Shown here: one piece after another, positions 11,745-25,248 of the stretch
Layout of the letters: each line of letters begins with the position of its first letter
Position numbering within the stretch: the first letter of the stretch is position 1
Origin: Macrostomum hystrix
Taxonomy: Eukaryota > Animalia > Platyhelminthes
Assembly: GCA_950097015.1 (NCBI GenBank)
Contig: CATNEN010000034.1
Span: 4,774,001-4,838,000 of the forward strand
Reading direction: 5' to 3'
Length of the DNA: 64,000 bases
Position numbers and translations under genes: made by a program
The notes under the pieces: model-generated
Seen by the model: the letters and a program-made list of their open reading frames with translations, nothing else
Database searches by the model: none
Told to the model about the DNA's origin: nothing

Positions 11745-12295
11745 AGAGATGAGACACAGGGAGATGAGTCGATTGTGATGTGAGAAAGGGGTGAGGCAGG
11801 GTAAAGTAGAGAATGAGGAGAGATAAGACAGTTTAAAGATGAGACAGGTGAGATTTGAGACAGACAAGAGATGAGACTGGGGAGAGATGAGACAGGGGAG
11901 AGATGAGACAGCGGAGAGATGAGACAGGGGAGAGATGAGACAGCAGAGAGATTAGACCGGGGAAAGATGAGACTGGGGAGAGATGAGACAGGGAAGAGAT
12001 GAGACAGCGGAGAGATGAGACAGGGGAGAGATGAGACTGGGGAGAGATGAGACTGGGAAGAGATGAGACAGTGAAGAGATGAGACAGTGAAGAGATGAGA
12101 CTGGGAAAAGATGAGACTGGGAAGAGATGAGACTGGGAAGAGATGAGACTGGGAAAAGATGAGACTGGGAAGAGATGAGACTGGGAAGAGATGAGACTGG
12201 GAAGAGATGAGACTGGGAAAATATGAGACTGGGAAGAGATGAGACTGGGAAAAGATAAGACTGGGAATAGATGAGACACACGGGAGATGAGGCAG
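11745..12295. repeat. 16-bp minisatellite family A, inverted (GAGATGAGACAGGGGA / GAGATGAGACTGGGAA)n
   Basis: Reverse complement of the unit at 1-1790, with a locus-specific variant. Confidence 0.95.
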
Positions 12296-13014
12296 GTTAG
12301 AATTGATAGCAGTACGGGCTAGGTAGCTCACCTAGTTCTGTTCTAAAGGCAACCTGCTGCCTGTTGAAAGAGCTTAAAAAACGACTGCCAAATCCTGATG
12401 AGACGCTAACTTTCAAAATCCCAGAGCATGCAGACTGATGTGCAACATGCAAAATCACAGTAATTAATCAAAAGAAAGCATACCTAACCCACCCGCCCTA
12501 ATCCTTGGTGGGGAAAAAGGAATGAAAGAGAAGATTCTCACACCTCTTAATGAGCTTAAATGGAGTGGGAGAAATGGGATAAAACTAGCATGTTCTCATC
12601 AGTTTTGTTACTATGCTATTTCAAGGCAAACTTAGCCTTCGAGCTTGCCTGTAAGACAACCAGATCGTTATCATAACACCTAACAGTGGACAGTTCGGAC
12701 AATGAGAATGGTGAAATGGGATATCATTCCGTGTTCTATAAATGCAAGTCTTGAGCTGCAATTTGAGCTGATAGACCCGTACCAAAAGCAGTAGTCACTG
12801 GGGACCTGTTGCTAGGGCTATTTTTAGAAAGATTTCAGGAAATGACCAGTCTAGAAATTCGTATTCATAGTTCATAATTGAAGCTTATCTGACTGATCAA
12901 TGCTTTTAGCTGGCCATGATTGTTATGTAAGACCTAACGGTGTTTCACAATTCATTTCCGGAAGAAAAACTTCATACTGAGGTGAAAGATTAGAAATTAA
13001 ATAAGTGAGCAATA

Positions 13015-13672
13015 AGCAATGAGCGTTGAGCAGTGAACAGCGAGCAGTGAGCAGTGAGCAGTGAGCAGTGAGCAGTGAGCAGTGAGCAGTGAGCAGTGAG
13101 CAGTGAGCAGTGAGCAGTGAGCAGTGAGCTGTGAGCAGTGAGCAGTGAGCAGTGAGCAGTGAGCAGTGAGCAGTGAGCAGTGAGCAGTGAGCTGTGAGCT
13201 GTGAGCAGTGAGCAGTGAGCAGTGAGCAGTGAGCAGTGAGCAGTGAGCTGTGAGCAGTGAGCAGTGAGCAGTGAGCAGTGAGCAGTGAGCAGTGAGCAGT
13301 GAGCAGTGAGCAGTGAGCAGTGAGCAGTGAGCAGTGAGCAGTGAGCAGTGAGCAGTGAGCAGTGAGCAGTGAGCAGTGAGCAGTGAGCAGTGAGCAGTGA
13401 GCAGTGAGCAGTGAGCTGTGAGCAGTGAGCAGTGAGCTGTGAGCAGTAAGCAGTGAGCAGTGAGCAGTGATCAGTTAGTAATGAGCAGTGAGCAGTAAGC
13501 AGTGAGCAGTGAGCAGTGAGCAGTGAGCAGTGAGCTGTGAGCAGTGAGCAGTGAGCTGTGAGCAGTAAGCAGTGAGCAGTGAGCAGTGATCAGTTAGTAA
13601 TGAGCAGTGAGCAGTAAGCAGTGAGCAGTGAGCAGTGGGCATTGATCAGTGATCAGTTAGTAATGAGCAGTC
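13015..13672. repeat. 7-bp satellite (GAGCAGT)n
   Basis: Long near-pure heptamer array with GAGCTGT variants and decayed ends. Confidence 0.97.
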
Positions 13673-14559
13673 AGTTGTGGCATTTAAAATTTCGAACGGT
13701 AATATCTACAGAGGGTATATTGTGTTTACCCAGCCTTGGTCCTTACACACCGATCGTGTTGCGATGCGAGGAGCTATTGTTTGATTAGAATGGTCTCCAC
13801 TTTGTCTGTAATCAAGTCTTGTCTCCATACCTGGACGCCCGCATAGCTCACACAGGCGCTTCATGAATTTTTTATCCAAGTTAATTACAAATATTACAGA
13901 CCAGTCCTCCCTTATTTGCGCTGTCATCTTTTCTGTCCCGAAACGGGAAATTTGCAGGCTTGTATTAGAAACTAGCATAGCACGACCCCCTGCTTGCCAA
14001 AGTGAAAGTATCAGTCTATATAGAGATTATGCCAGGAGAATGAAAATAAATAAAATTGTCACTCACTCAAACCCATCTGTGTCCACTGAGGCTTGGAAAA
14101 TATGATTTTTTTCTCTATTCATTTCTATTATTATATTTTTTGCAAGCCCATTAACCCTTTAACAATTTGGGCCCCTGCATGCAGCTTTCACTTTTGGCAA
14201 ACTTTTCCCTTTTCTGTCTTTTAGTATCCGGGGCTATGCTTTCTGAGGTGAATCCGAGAGAACGATTTAGAGACAACAAGAAAAAAATGTGAATAGCAAT
14301 TATTGAGCTGCAATTCTAGATGTGGATGGCATCTGTGCCAGAACCAGTTTTTTTAATGAGGGAACAATTGCTTTGAGCAGGGATACTGCATTAACAAATC
14401 TTTTTCTTCAAATTATCTCTCTGCTTTGGTTGCTGCCTGTTGCATCAAAGTTGTCTCTCAATCAGGTCCGTATTTGAGTACACTCTCCAGGCTTCAAAAT
14501 TACTCCATTCTCTTTGTCTTATCTGCTTCTTCTCTTTTTCTCAAACCTTCTAACACACC

Positions 14560-15360
14560 AATTCTCACCCCATCCATCTCTTGTCTCCCCATCCATCTCT
14601 TCTCTCCCCCCATCCATCTCTTTCCTTCCCCCATCCATCTCTTTTATCCCCATCCATCTCTTTTATCCCCATCCATCTCTTTTCTCCCCATCCATCTCTT
14701 CTCTCCCTATCCATCTCTTTTCTCCCCCCATCCATCTCTTTTATCCCCATCCATCTCTTTTATCCCCATCCATCTCTTTTCTCCCCATCCATCTCTTCTC
14801 TCCCTATCCATCTCTTTTCTCCCCCCATCCATCTCTTCTCTCCCCCCATCCATCTCTTTTATCCCCATCCATCTCTTTTCTCCCCATCCATCTCTTTTAT
14901 CCCCATCCATCTCTTTTATCCCCATCCATCTCTTTTCTCCCCATCCATCTCTTTTCTCCCTATCCATCTCTTTTCTCACCTCAACTATCTCTTTTCTCCC
15001 CCATCCATCTCTTCTCTCCCCCCATCCATCTCTTTCCTTCCCCCATCCATCTCTTCTCTCCCCCCATCCATCTCTTTCCTTCCCCCATCCATCTCTTCTC
15101 TCCCCATCCATCTCTTTCCTTCCCCCATCCATCTCTTTCCTTCCCCCATCCATCTCTTTCCTTCCCCCATCCATCTCTTTCCTTCCCCCATCCATCTCTT
15201 TCCTTCCCCCATCCATCTCTTTTCTCCCCATCCATCTCTTTTCTCCCCATCCATCTCTTTTCTCCCCAATCCATCTCTTTTCTTCCTCCATCTATCTTTC
15301 TATTTTCCACCATTGATCTCTCCGTTCTCCCCTATCTATTTCTTCATTCTCCCCATCTAT
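14560..15360. repeat. ~20-21-bp pyrimidine-rich minisatellite (CCCATCCATCTCTTTTCTCC)n
   Basis: Tandem units with indel variants. Confidence 0.95.
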
Positions 15361-15967
15361 CTCTCCAGTGGGGCGGCATTTTGCCTTCCAAGACCAGTGG
15401 AAGCTCTTGTCCATAATAATTGATGCCTCCGTTGCATTGTGCTTATGACGATAGAAATGGGGAAGGTCGACTCAAACTGGGAGGTGAGCGGAGGGTGGCA
15501 ACTGGTGGTTCTGACCACTCCCCGGCTGGAAGGCAATGGTTTGAGAATTATTGGAAACGTCTCAAGGGAGCTGAGACCCTTGACATTCTGTCACTATGCG
15601 GAGACCGGGAGGGGGCGGGGGTAGCGGGGGGGGATAAAATCCCCTTCTGCTCGGTTACGCACAGTTTCGCTTCCGCTCGAGTTAATCCGCCGACTCTTCT
15701 AAATCCCATTGGAGTTTTAGGGGGTTGGGCATGCCGAGACAATCGGATTTATGGGATAATTCAAAATTTGGGATATTTATGACCACCTATTGATGCTGAC
15801 CATAGAAGATTAAATTCTAATTTATTTGGATTAAATATTCGGCATATGGCCCCGTTGGGATACGTCCTACACTGTTTTCCATCTTATATTATTTATATAA
15901 GATATATATCAATATGCATCAGAACTTTTGGAAAATCCTTGAGGATGTGGGCCCTTTGAAGATATTG

Positions 15968-17110
15968 AAACTTTGAAGATTTGAGGAAACTTTGAAGATT
16001 TGAGGAAACTTTGAAGATTTGAGGAAACTTTGAAGATTTGAGGAATCTTTGAAGATTTGAGGAAACTTTGAAGATTTGAGGAATCTTTGAAGATTTAAGA
16101 AACTTTGAAGATTTGAGGAAACTTTGAAGATTTGAGGAAACTTTGAAGATTTGAGGAATCTTTGAAGATTTGAGGAAACTTTGAAGATTTGAGGAATCTT
16201 TGAAGATTTTAGGAATCTTTGAAGATTTGAGGAAACTTTGAAGATTCGAGGAAACTTTGAAGATTTGAGGAATCTTTGAAGATTTGAGGAAACTTTGAAG
16301 ATTTGAGGAATCTTTGAAGATTTAAGAAACTTTGAAGATTTGAGGAAACTTTGAAGATTTCAGGAAACTTTGAAGATTTCAGGAAACTTTGAAGATTTTA
16401 GGAATCTTTGAAGATTTGAGGAAACTTTGAAGATTTGAGGAAACTTTGAAGATTTGAGGAAACTTTGAAGATTTGAGGAATCTTTGAAGATTTGAGGAAA
16501 CTTTGAAGATTTGAGGAATCTTTGAAGATTTAAGAAACTTTGAAGATTTGAGGAAACTTTGAAGATTTGAGGAATCTTTGAAGATTTGAGGAAACGTTGA
16601 AGATTTGAGGAAACGTTGAAGATTTGAGGAAACTTTGAAGATTTGAGGAAACTTTGAAGATTTGAGGAAACTTTGAAGATTTTAGGAAACGTTGAAGATT
16701 TTAGGAAACTTTGAAGATTTGAGGAAACTTTGAATATTTGAGGAAACTTTGAAGATTTTAGGAAACTTTGAAGATTTTAGGAAACTTTGAAGATTTGAGG
16801 AAACTTTGAAGATTTTAGGAAACTTTGAAGATTTTAGGAAACTTTGAAGATTTGAGGAAACTTTGAATATTTGAGGAAACGTTGAAGATTTTAGGAAACT
16901 TTGAAGATTTGAGGAAACTTTGAAAATTTTAGGAAACTTTGAAGATTTGAGGAAACTTTGAAGATTTGAGGAAACTTTGAAGATTTTAGGAAACTTTGAA
17001 GATTTGAGGAAACTTTGAAGATTTTAGGAAACTTTGAAGATTTGAGGAAACTTTGAAGATTTGAGGAAACTTTGAAGATTTGAGGAAACTTTGAAGATTT
17101 TGAAACTTGA
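15968..17110. repeat. 19-bp minisatellite (AAACTTTGAAGATTTGAGG)n, about 60 copies
   Basis: Clear 19-nt period. Confidence 0.97.
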
Positions 17111-17810
17111 AGTTTTGAAAATTTGAAGAGAAGTAATGTTTTGGAAAATCGAAAAGTTGAGCAAGGAGCTTCACCAAATGAAACCTAATACTTAAACTAT
17201 TTTTAGTATGCGAAGTAAAAAAGGGGAGCACTAAAAATGATTATATGAAGTCGAAATTTCTTTACAACTCGGCGCAGAAATCACGGTAATGTGCTCACTG
17301 TGCTCACTGTGCTCACGCAACTGAGTTCGACCCGGTTTCGGGGGGTTAGTTGGGAGCAGAACAGTCAAATATGCATAGTTTATTATTGCGATCCCCATTT
17401 ATCCCAGCAGTTCCTTCTTCCCACACCATATCAGAACACTGACCACCTGTCCCCAAGATTCAGCCCCACTTACACTGCGCCTATAAAATATCCCCCCAGT
17501 TCCAAATAATCTCAATATCTATCTTTATATGCCTGCCGAAAATCTAGAATTGCTTTAACAGCATCGACTTTGGCCACTAAGCTATTTAGCATTTCCATAG
17601 CATATGGCAATGAATTTTTGTTACATTTAAAAAGAGTCACCTCGAGTAACGTGATTTGAAGGGCGAATGTTTTTTCGATAGAAAAATAGAAGAATTTTCA
17701 TTCCAGGAAAATGATGTTATCAGGTGTTTTTTTACGCGCTTTTTGGGAATTTGATTGAATAAGGAATTAAGAAACTTTGAAAAATTTAATTATGATTTTT
17801 ATTTTATAGA

Positions 17811-20400
17811 ATGGTAGAGGATTTTGATGGAATGGCAGAGGATTTTGATGGAATGGTAGAGGATTTTGATGGAATGGTAGAGGATTTTGATGGAATGGTA
17901 GAGGATTTTGATGGAATGGTAGAGGATTTTGATGGAATGGTAGAGGATTTTGATGGAATGGTAGATTTTTATAGAATGGCAGAGGATTTTGATGAAATGG
18001 TAGAGGATTTTGATGAAATGGTAGAGGATTTTGATGGAATGGTGGAGGATTTTGATGAAATGGTAGAGGATTTTGATGGAATGGTAGAGGATTTTGATGA
18101 AATGGTAGAGGATTTTGATGAAATGGTAGAGGATTTTGATGAAATGGTAGAGGATTTTGATGAAATGGTAGAGGATTTTGATGGAATGGTGGAGGATTTT
18201 GATGAAATGGTAGAGGATTTTGATGGAATGGTGGAGGATTTTGATGAAATGGTAGAGGATTTTGATGAAATGGCAGAGGATTTTGATGAAATGGTAGAGG
18301 ATTTTGATGGAATGGTAGAGGATTTTGATGAAATGGTAGAGGATTTTGATGGAATGGTAGAGGATTTTGATGGAATGGCAGAGGATTTTGATGGAATGGT
18401 AGAGGATTTTGATGGAATGGTAGAGGATTTTGATGGAATGGTAGAGGATTTTGATGGACTGGTACGGGATTTTGATGAAATGGTAGAGGATTTTGATAGA
18501 ATGGCAGAGGATTTTGATGAAATGGCAGAGGATTTTGATGAAATGGCAGAGGACTTTGATGAAATGGCAGAGGATTTTGATGAAATGGCAGAGGATTTTG
18601 ATGAAATGGCAGAGGATTTTGATGGAATGGTAGATTTTTATAGATTTTGATGGAATGGTAGATTTTTATAGATTTTGATGAAATGGTGGAGGATTTTGAT
18701 GAAATGGTGGAGGATTTTGATGGAATGGTAGAGGATTTTGATGCAATGGTAGAGGATTTTGATGGAATGGTAGAGGATTTTGATGGAATGGTAGAGGATT
18801 TTGATGGAATGGTAGAGGATTTTGATGGACTGGTACGGGATTTTGATGAAATGGTAGAGGATTTTGATAGAATGGCAGAGGATTTTGATGAAATGGCAGA
18901 GGATTTTGATGAAATGGCAGAGGACTTTGATGAAATGGCAGAGGATTTTGATGAAATGGCAGAGGATTTTGATGAAATGGCAGAGGATTTTGATGAAATG
19001 GCAGAGGATTTTGATGGAATGGTAGATTTTTATAGATTTTGATGGAATGGTAGATTTTTATAGATTTTGATGAAATGGTGGAGGATTTTGATGAAATGGT
19101 GGAGGATTTTGATGGAATGGTAGAGGATTTTGATGAAATGGTAGAGGATTTTGATGGAATGGTAGAGGATTTTGATGGAATGGTAGAGGATTTTGATGGA
19201 ATGGTAGAGGATTTTGATGGACTGGTACGGGATTTTGATGAAATGGTAGAGGATTTTGATAGAATGGCAGAGGATTTTGATGAAATGGCAGAGGATTTTG
19301 ATGAAATGGCAGAGGACTTTGATGAAATGGCAGAGGATTTTGATGAAATGGCAGAGGATTTTGATGAAATGGCAGAGGATTTTGATGGAATGGTAGATTT
19401 TTATAGATTTTGATGGAATGGTAGATTTTTATAGATTTTGATGGAATGGTAGATTTTTATAGATTTTGATGGAATGGTAGATTTTTATAGATTTTGATGG
19501 AATGGTAGATTTTTATAGATTTTGATGGAATGGTAGATTTTTATAGATTTTGATGGAATGGTAGATTTTTATAGATTTTGATGGAATGGTAGATTTTTAT
19601 AGATTTTGATGGAATGGTAGATTTTTATAGATTTTGATGGAATGGTAGATTTTTATAGATTTTGATGGAATGGTAGATTTTTATAGATTTTGATGGAATG
19701 GTAGATTTTTATAGATTTTGATGGAATGGTAGATTTTTATAGATTTTGATGGAATGGTAGATTTTTATAGATTTTGATGGAATGGTAGATTTTTATAGAT
19801 TTTGATGGAATGGTAGATTTTTATAGATTTTTATGAAATGGTAGAGGATTTTGATGGACTGGTACGGGATTTTGATGAAATGGTAGAGGATTTTGATAGA
19901 ATGGCAGAGGATTTTGATGAAATGGCAGAGGATTTTGATGAAATGGCAGAGGATTTTGATGAAATGGCAGAGGATTTTGATGAAATGGCAGAGGATTTTG
20001 ATGAAATGGCAGAGGATTTTGATGAAATGGCAGAGGATTTTGATGAAATGGCAGAGGATTTTGATGAAATGGCAGAGGATTTTGATGGAATGGTAGAGGA
20101 TTTTGATGAAATGGCAGAGGATTTTGATAGAATGGCAGAGGATTTTGATGAAATGGCAGAGGATTTTGATGAAATGGCAGAGGATTTTGATGAAATGGCA
20201 GAGGATTTTGATGAAATGGCAGAGGATTTTGATGAAATGGCAGAGGATTTTGATGGAATGGCAGAGGATTTTGATGAAATGGCAGAGGATTTTGATGAAA
20301 TGGCAGAGGATTTTGATGGAATGGTAGATTTTTATAGATTTTGATGGAATGGTAGATTTTTATAGATTTGAATGTAATTGTATAGGAATTTGATGGAAAT
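17811..20400. repeat. Compound 21-bp (ATGGTAGAGGATTTTGATGGA) / 28-bp (ATGGAATGGTAGATTTTTATAGATTTTG) minisatellite
   Basis: 21-nt period, with a homogeneous 28-nt block at about 19390-19830 and repeated ~390-bp higher-order blocks. Confidence 0.96.
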
Positions 20401-21285
20401 GTTGAGGATTCTGATGAAATAATACATTAACGTCAATTATTTCTCTTCTATTATCAGCTGAGAAGTTTCAGCTTGATAATTTATGTCCGAATCGGCAGCT
20501 ACAGACAGTTTGATTTGGCCCGCTAATGTTTGACGCCTGGGGTGTGTTGGCAAAATTGCAGATCTCAGGGGGGTGTGTCTGTGGCTCCCTGCCAAACACT
20601 GCCTCCCTCAGTAGGGGGGTGGGGGAAATTTTCCCTAAATTATCAACTGTGTAAAAACTCAAGGTTTCAGGTTTCAAACGTGAACACGCTGTGTGTCGAG
20701 TTCGTGACCAATGGCCTTGAACATATTCAGCTGCCTGCTTGCGGGACGTGTTTGACAGCTGTCAAAAAGGCTTGTCACATCTATGAGTGCCTAGATTGTA
20801 AAAAATTAGTTTACAGTAGTTTGTAGGCCACCAGATAATAATTCACTTAGCTTCTTGCTTGATGTCAGTCAAGACCATGTTCCGTGTTAGATTGGCCAAT
20901 CCTTCTGAGCAAATAAATTCAACTCTTATCTATTTCTACAATGTAACCAGCTTTCATGTCCTTGTTAGTTTCTATTTGCACTTCCAAGTTTAAGAGAATC
21001 AGTTGGTTGTGAATCTGAGAACAGATCTGTTTTATAGCAAAATTAATTATTGCTTTGAATAGGTCTGTGTTTTGTATTTCATAGCTTCATAAAATGTAAC
21101 GAAACAAGAAGTCGGAAAGATTATAAATCATACTAATCCTAGCCCATCTTGTCAGTTCACTTTTGTCCAGATATAAAAAAAAGTAGTCTTTGAATCGATT
21201 ATTTAATACTACTGAAAGTAAGCAGCAGCGGTTTGCATTTGCGGTTAGAATTTGATACTGGAATCGAAAATATATCAGACGGGGA

Positions 21286-23215
21286 GAAGGAAGGATGGAA
21301 GGATGGAAGGATGGAAGGATGGAAGGAAGGATGGAAGGAAGGAAGGAAGGAAGGATGGAAGGAAGGAAGGATGGAAGGAAGGATGGATGGAAGGAAGGAA
21401 GGATGGAAGGAAGGAAGGATGGAAGGAAGGAAGGATGGAAGGAAGGAAGGATGGAAGGAAGGAAGGATGGAAGGAAGGAAGGAAGGAAGGAAGAAAGGAT
21501 GGAAGGAAGGAAGGATGGAAGGAAGGAAGGAAGGATGGAAGGAAGGAAGGAAGGAAGGATGGAAGGATGGAAGGAAGGAAGGAAGGATGGAAGGAAGAAA
21601 GGAAGGAAGGATGGAAGGAAGGAAGGATGGAAGGAAGGATGGAAGGATGGAAGGATGGAAGGAAGGAAGGAAGGATGGAAGGAAGGAAGGATGGAAGGAA
21701 GGAAGGATGGAAGGAAGGATGGAAGGATGGAAGGATGGAAGGAAGGAAGGAAGGATGGAAGGAAGGAAGGATGGAAGGAAGGATGGAAGGATGGAAGGAT
21801 GGAAGGAAGGAAGGAAGGAAGGAAGGAAGGATAGAAGGAAGGAAGGATGGAAGGATGGAAGGAAGGAAGGAAGGAAGGAAGGAAGGAAGGAAGGAAGGAA
21901 GGAAGGAAGAAAGGAAGGAAGGAAGGAAGGAAGGAAGGAAGGAAGGATGGAAGGAAGGAAGGAAGGAAGGAAGGAAGAAAGGAAGGAAGGAAGGAAGGAT
22001 GGAAGGAAGGAAGGATGGAAGGAAGGATGGAAGGATGGAAGGATGGAAGGAAGGAAGGAAGGATGGAAGGAAGGAAGGATGGAAGGAAGGATGGAAGGAT
22101 GGAAGGATGGAAGGAAGGAAGGAAGGAAGGAAGGAAGGATAGAAGGAAGGAAGGATGGAAGGATGGAAGGAAGGAAGGAAGGATGGAAGGAAGAAAGGAA
22201 GGAAGGATGGAAGGAAGGAAGGATGGAAGGAAGGATGGAAGGATGGAAGGATGGAAGGAAGGAAGGAAGGATGGAAGGAAGGAAGGATGGAAGGAAGGAT
22301 GGAAGGATGGAAGGATGGAAGGAAGGAAGGAAGGAAGGAAGGAAGGAAGGAAGGAAGGAAGGAAGGAAGGAAGGAAGGAAGGAAGGAAGGAAGGAAGGAT
22401 GGAAGGAAGGAAGGAAGGAAGGAAGGAAGGAAGGAAGGAAGGAAGGAAGGAAGGAAGGAAGGAAGGATGGATGGATGGAAGGAAGGAAGGAAGGAAGGAA
22501 GGAAGGAAGGAAGGAAGGAAGGAAGGAAGGAAGGAAGGAAGGAAGGAAGGAAGGAAGGATGGAAGGAAGGAAGGAAGGAAGGAAGGAAGGATGGAAGGAA
22601 GGAAGGAAGGAAGGAAGGAAGGAAGGAAGGAAGGAAGGAAGGAAGGAAGGAAGGAAGGATGGATGGATGGAAGAAAGGAAGGAAGGAAGGATGGAAGGAA
22701 GGATAGAAGGAAGGATAGAAGGAAGGAAGGAAGGAAGGAAGGATGGAAGGATGGAAGGAAGGATGGAAGGAAGGAAGGAAGGATGGAAGGAAGGATGGAA
22801 GGATGGAAGGAAGGAAGGATGGAAGGAAGGATGGATGGAAGGAAGGAAGGAAGGATGGAAGGAAGGAAGGATGGAAAGAAGGATGGAAGGAAGGAAGGAA
22901 GAAAGAAAGGAAGGAAGGATGGAAGGAAGGATAGAAGGAAGGATAGAAGGAAGGAAGGAAGGAAGGAAGGAAGGAAGGATGGAAGGATGGAAGGAAGGAA
23001 GGATGGAAGGAAGGATGGATGGAAGGAAGGATGGAAGGCAGGAAGGAAGGAAGGAAGGAAGGAAGGAAGGAAGGAAGGAAGGAAGGAAGGAAGGAAGGAA
23101 GGAAGGAAGGAAGGAAGGAAGGAAGGAAGGAAGGAAGGAAGGAAGGGGAAGGAAGGAAGGAAGGAAGGCAGGAAGGAAGGAAGGAAGGAAGGAAGGAAGG
23201 AAGGAAGGAAGGATG
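21286..23215. repeat. ~1.9-kb (GGAA)n/(GGAT) tetranucleotide microsatellite
   Basis: Almost purely purine on the + strand; abuts the otopetrin stop codon. Confidence 0.98.
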
Positions 23216-23219
23216 GCTC

Positions 23220-25248
23220 TCACTCCGAGTGGTTGCCTTGGTAATTGGCACTAATCGATTCCATGAGTGATGCCATGGCAGGGAAGGTAAGTTCAATGTC
23301 CGCTTGTCGCGGTGTTTCTCTAGAAGCAGCAGGGTGTGACAGCAGTGTAGGCTGACAATGGCGCTTGAATTCATGCATGCATGCGGCAGAGTGGAATCTG
23401 AAAAACACCTGCAGCGGAATTGTGACGAAGGACAGAACCAGTGCGTTGCCGATCTGCTCCTCGGGGAAAAACAAATTGAAGCACACAGTGTTGACAATCC
23501 ATTCTGATGCGTTCAGCATTATGAGCACATTGAGCAGTGCTCTGCCTTTACTGTTTTGCCGACGCGAGGTGATATGAAATTTGCGCAGCAGTGCGCACTC
23601 AAGAGCATACACCTGCATTAGGCTCTGGAAAATGTTGAGAGCACAGCTTCCTCCTAGAAGACAGCTCTTGGCTATATGCAAAACTGCGTCTTCGTTGTTA
23701 ATCTTAGTCCACGTAATCCAGAACGTGTAGGAGTCGTGGACAGTGATTGCTGCAGCTCCGAGCCACATGAGCAGCCGATCCGTCAGATGGGTACTGCTCA
23801 GCTGAGTCATCTTCGCTCTGTTCAAAAATTTCAGCAGCTTCAGTGTGAAAATCAGTCCGCTGGAGTAGAGGAAGATTAGCAAACAGTAGAAAATGACGGC
23901 TATCAACTCGTTTGGCTCGTCTGTGTGACTATTGACTGCGGCAAATACTGAGATAGTCAGAGACACCAGGACGAAGCCGATGCCCATAGCGAAGCTGGCT
24001 GAGTGCTTGCGAATGATGGAGAACTCGGACATTTTCTGATGCGTCACCCCTTCGGATTTTTCTCGCAGCAATGATCTGAGATTAATTTCCAAGGCTTGAT
24101 TAGCTGCACTGGGTAGCTCGCTAATGTGACTGCCAAGAAAGGTTCCAAAGCGACCCGCGTTTATCACCAGACTAAAAGCGAGAAACGCGCTCATCACATA
24201 ATACTCAATGCCGAATGGGTAGAGCATTTTAGCAAAATCCGCGATGTGATTATTCTCGCAATAAGATCTGTTCAACTCGGAATTATTAGCTCGATGCATT
24301 CCTATTTCGCGCACCTCTAAGCCAACGTTAAAGAACCAGAATGCGATATTAGAGGCCAATAGGTGACAGCCGCAGAACCAGGTGGCTGACAGATTCCACT
24401 GTACCGAGTGCCGGTAATGGACAGCAAACATCCTGCTCTGCATCACACAGAAGATCATCAACAGGATTCTTCTAAACAGCTCTGGCAGCTCCCTGTAGGG
24501 CATCTCCAGGGCATCGATGCCGCCGCACACCGATTCAACAACACCGGTCAGGCACAGCATCACGGAGAAGATCACAAATGTGACAACGAACAGAGACGAA
24601 GGATAATTTCCCAGGCTTTTTGGGATTCTTATGAACCGGAGAGCGCCGCGGACGATGATGAGCCGACCGTCCTGCCTGGGATGAGGCATTTCTGCCTTTT
24701 CTATCGTTCCCCCGACAAATACTCTCTTCTGCAGGTACACAATAGCAGCGATGGCAGAAAAGGAATACAAGCATTTGATCAGCCAGCAGATCCATTCATT
24801 AGGCGTCAAAGATGGCTTCAAATAACGGTAGCTGTTCGTCAAATTCCTGGGCATCTCTATAACAGACAATTGGCTTTTATGCACTTTGGAAAAATCTTCG
24901 GTTTCTATGAGGGCGACAATGAAGCCAAGAGCGATGAGGCACAGCACATAGACAAAGCAGCGCAGTTTCACCGACGGCTCAGTAAGTAGGCTCTGCACTG
25001 GATGGCTCTGCAACAGCGGCTGGTCCTCTCGCGCGCTGCCTTCTCCAGCATGGGCCTCCTCGCTCACGACCTGTCGGGTGATTTAAGAAGCATTTGTCAA
25101 AATTGACAACCATGTGCACCACCATTTTGTCTCAATTAGGCACAGGGACAACCCTAAAACTAAGAAGGTTTTATAGTTGTCCCTGTTTTGACACTAAATG
25201 CAACAAAGAATGAAATATCATACTCACCATATCGGCGGAAGATTGCAT
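23220..25248 (-). CDS. otop: Otopetrin-family proton channel; coding exons 25248-25228 (MQSSADM) and 25070-23220
   Basis: Otopetrin-like motifs [30 protein letters not shown] and [10 protein letters not shown], with many TM segments. The ORF-track start at 25067 is GTG. A phase-0 intron (ATG|gtgagt at 25227 to cgacag|GTC at 25071) links to AAAATG at 25248, the first Met after an in-frame TAG. Confidence 0.9.

Noticed and set aside
12395-12401. CTGATGA hammerhead-core motif
   Set aside because: No stem II followed by GAAA, and no stems I/III could be built.
21199-23497. 600-740 aa GRKE/PSFL ORFs
   Set aside because: Translations of (GGAA)n.
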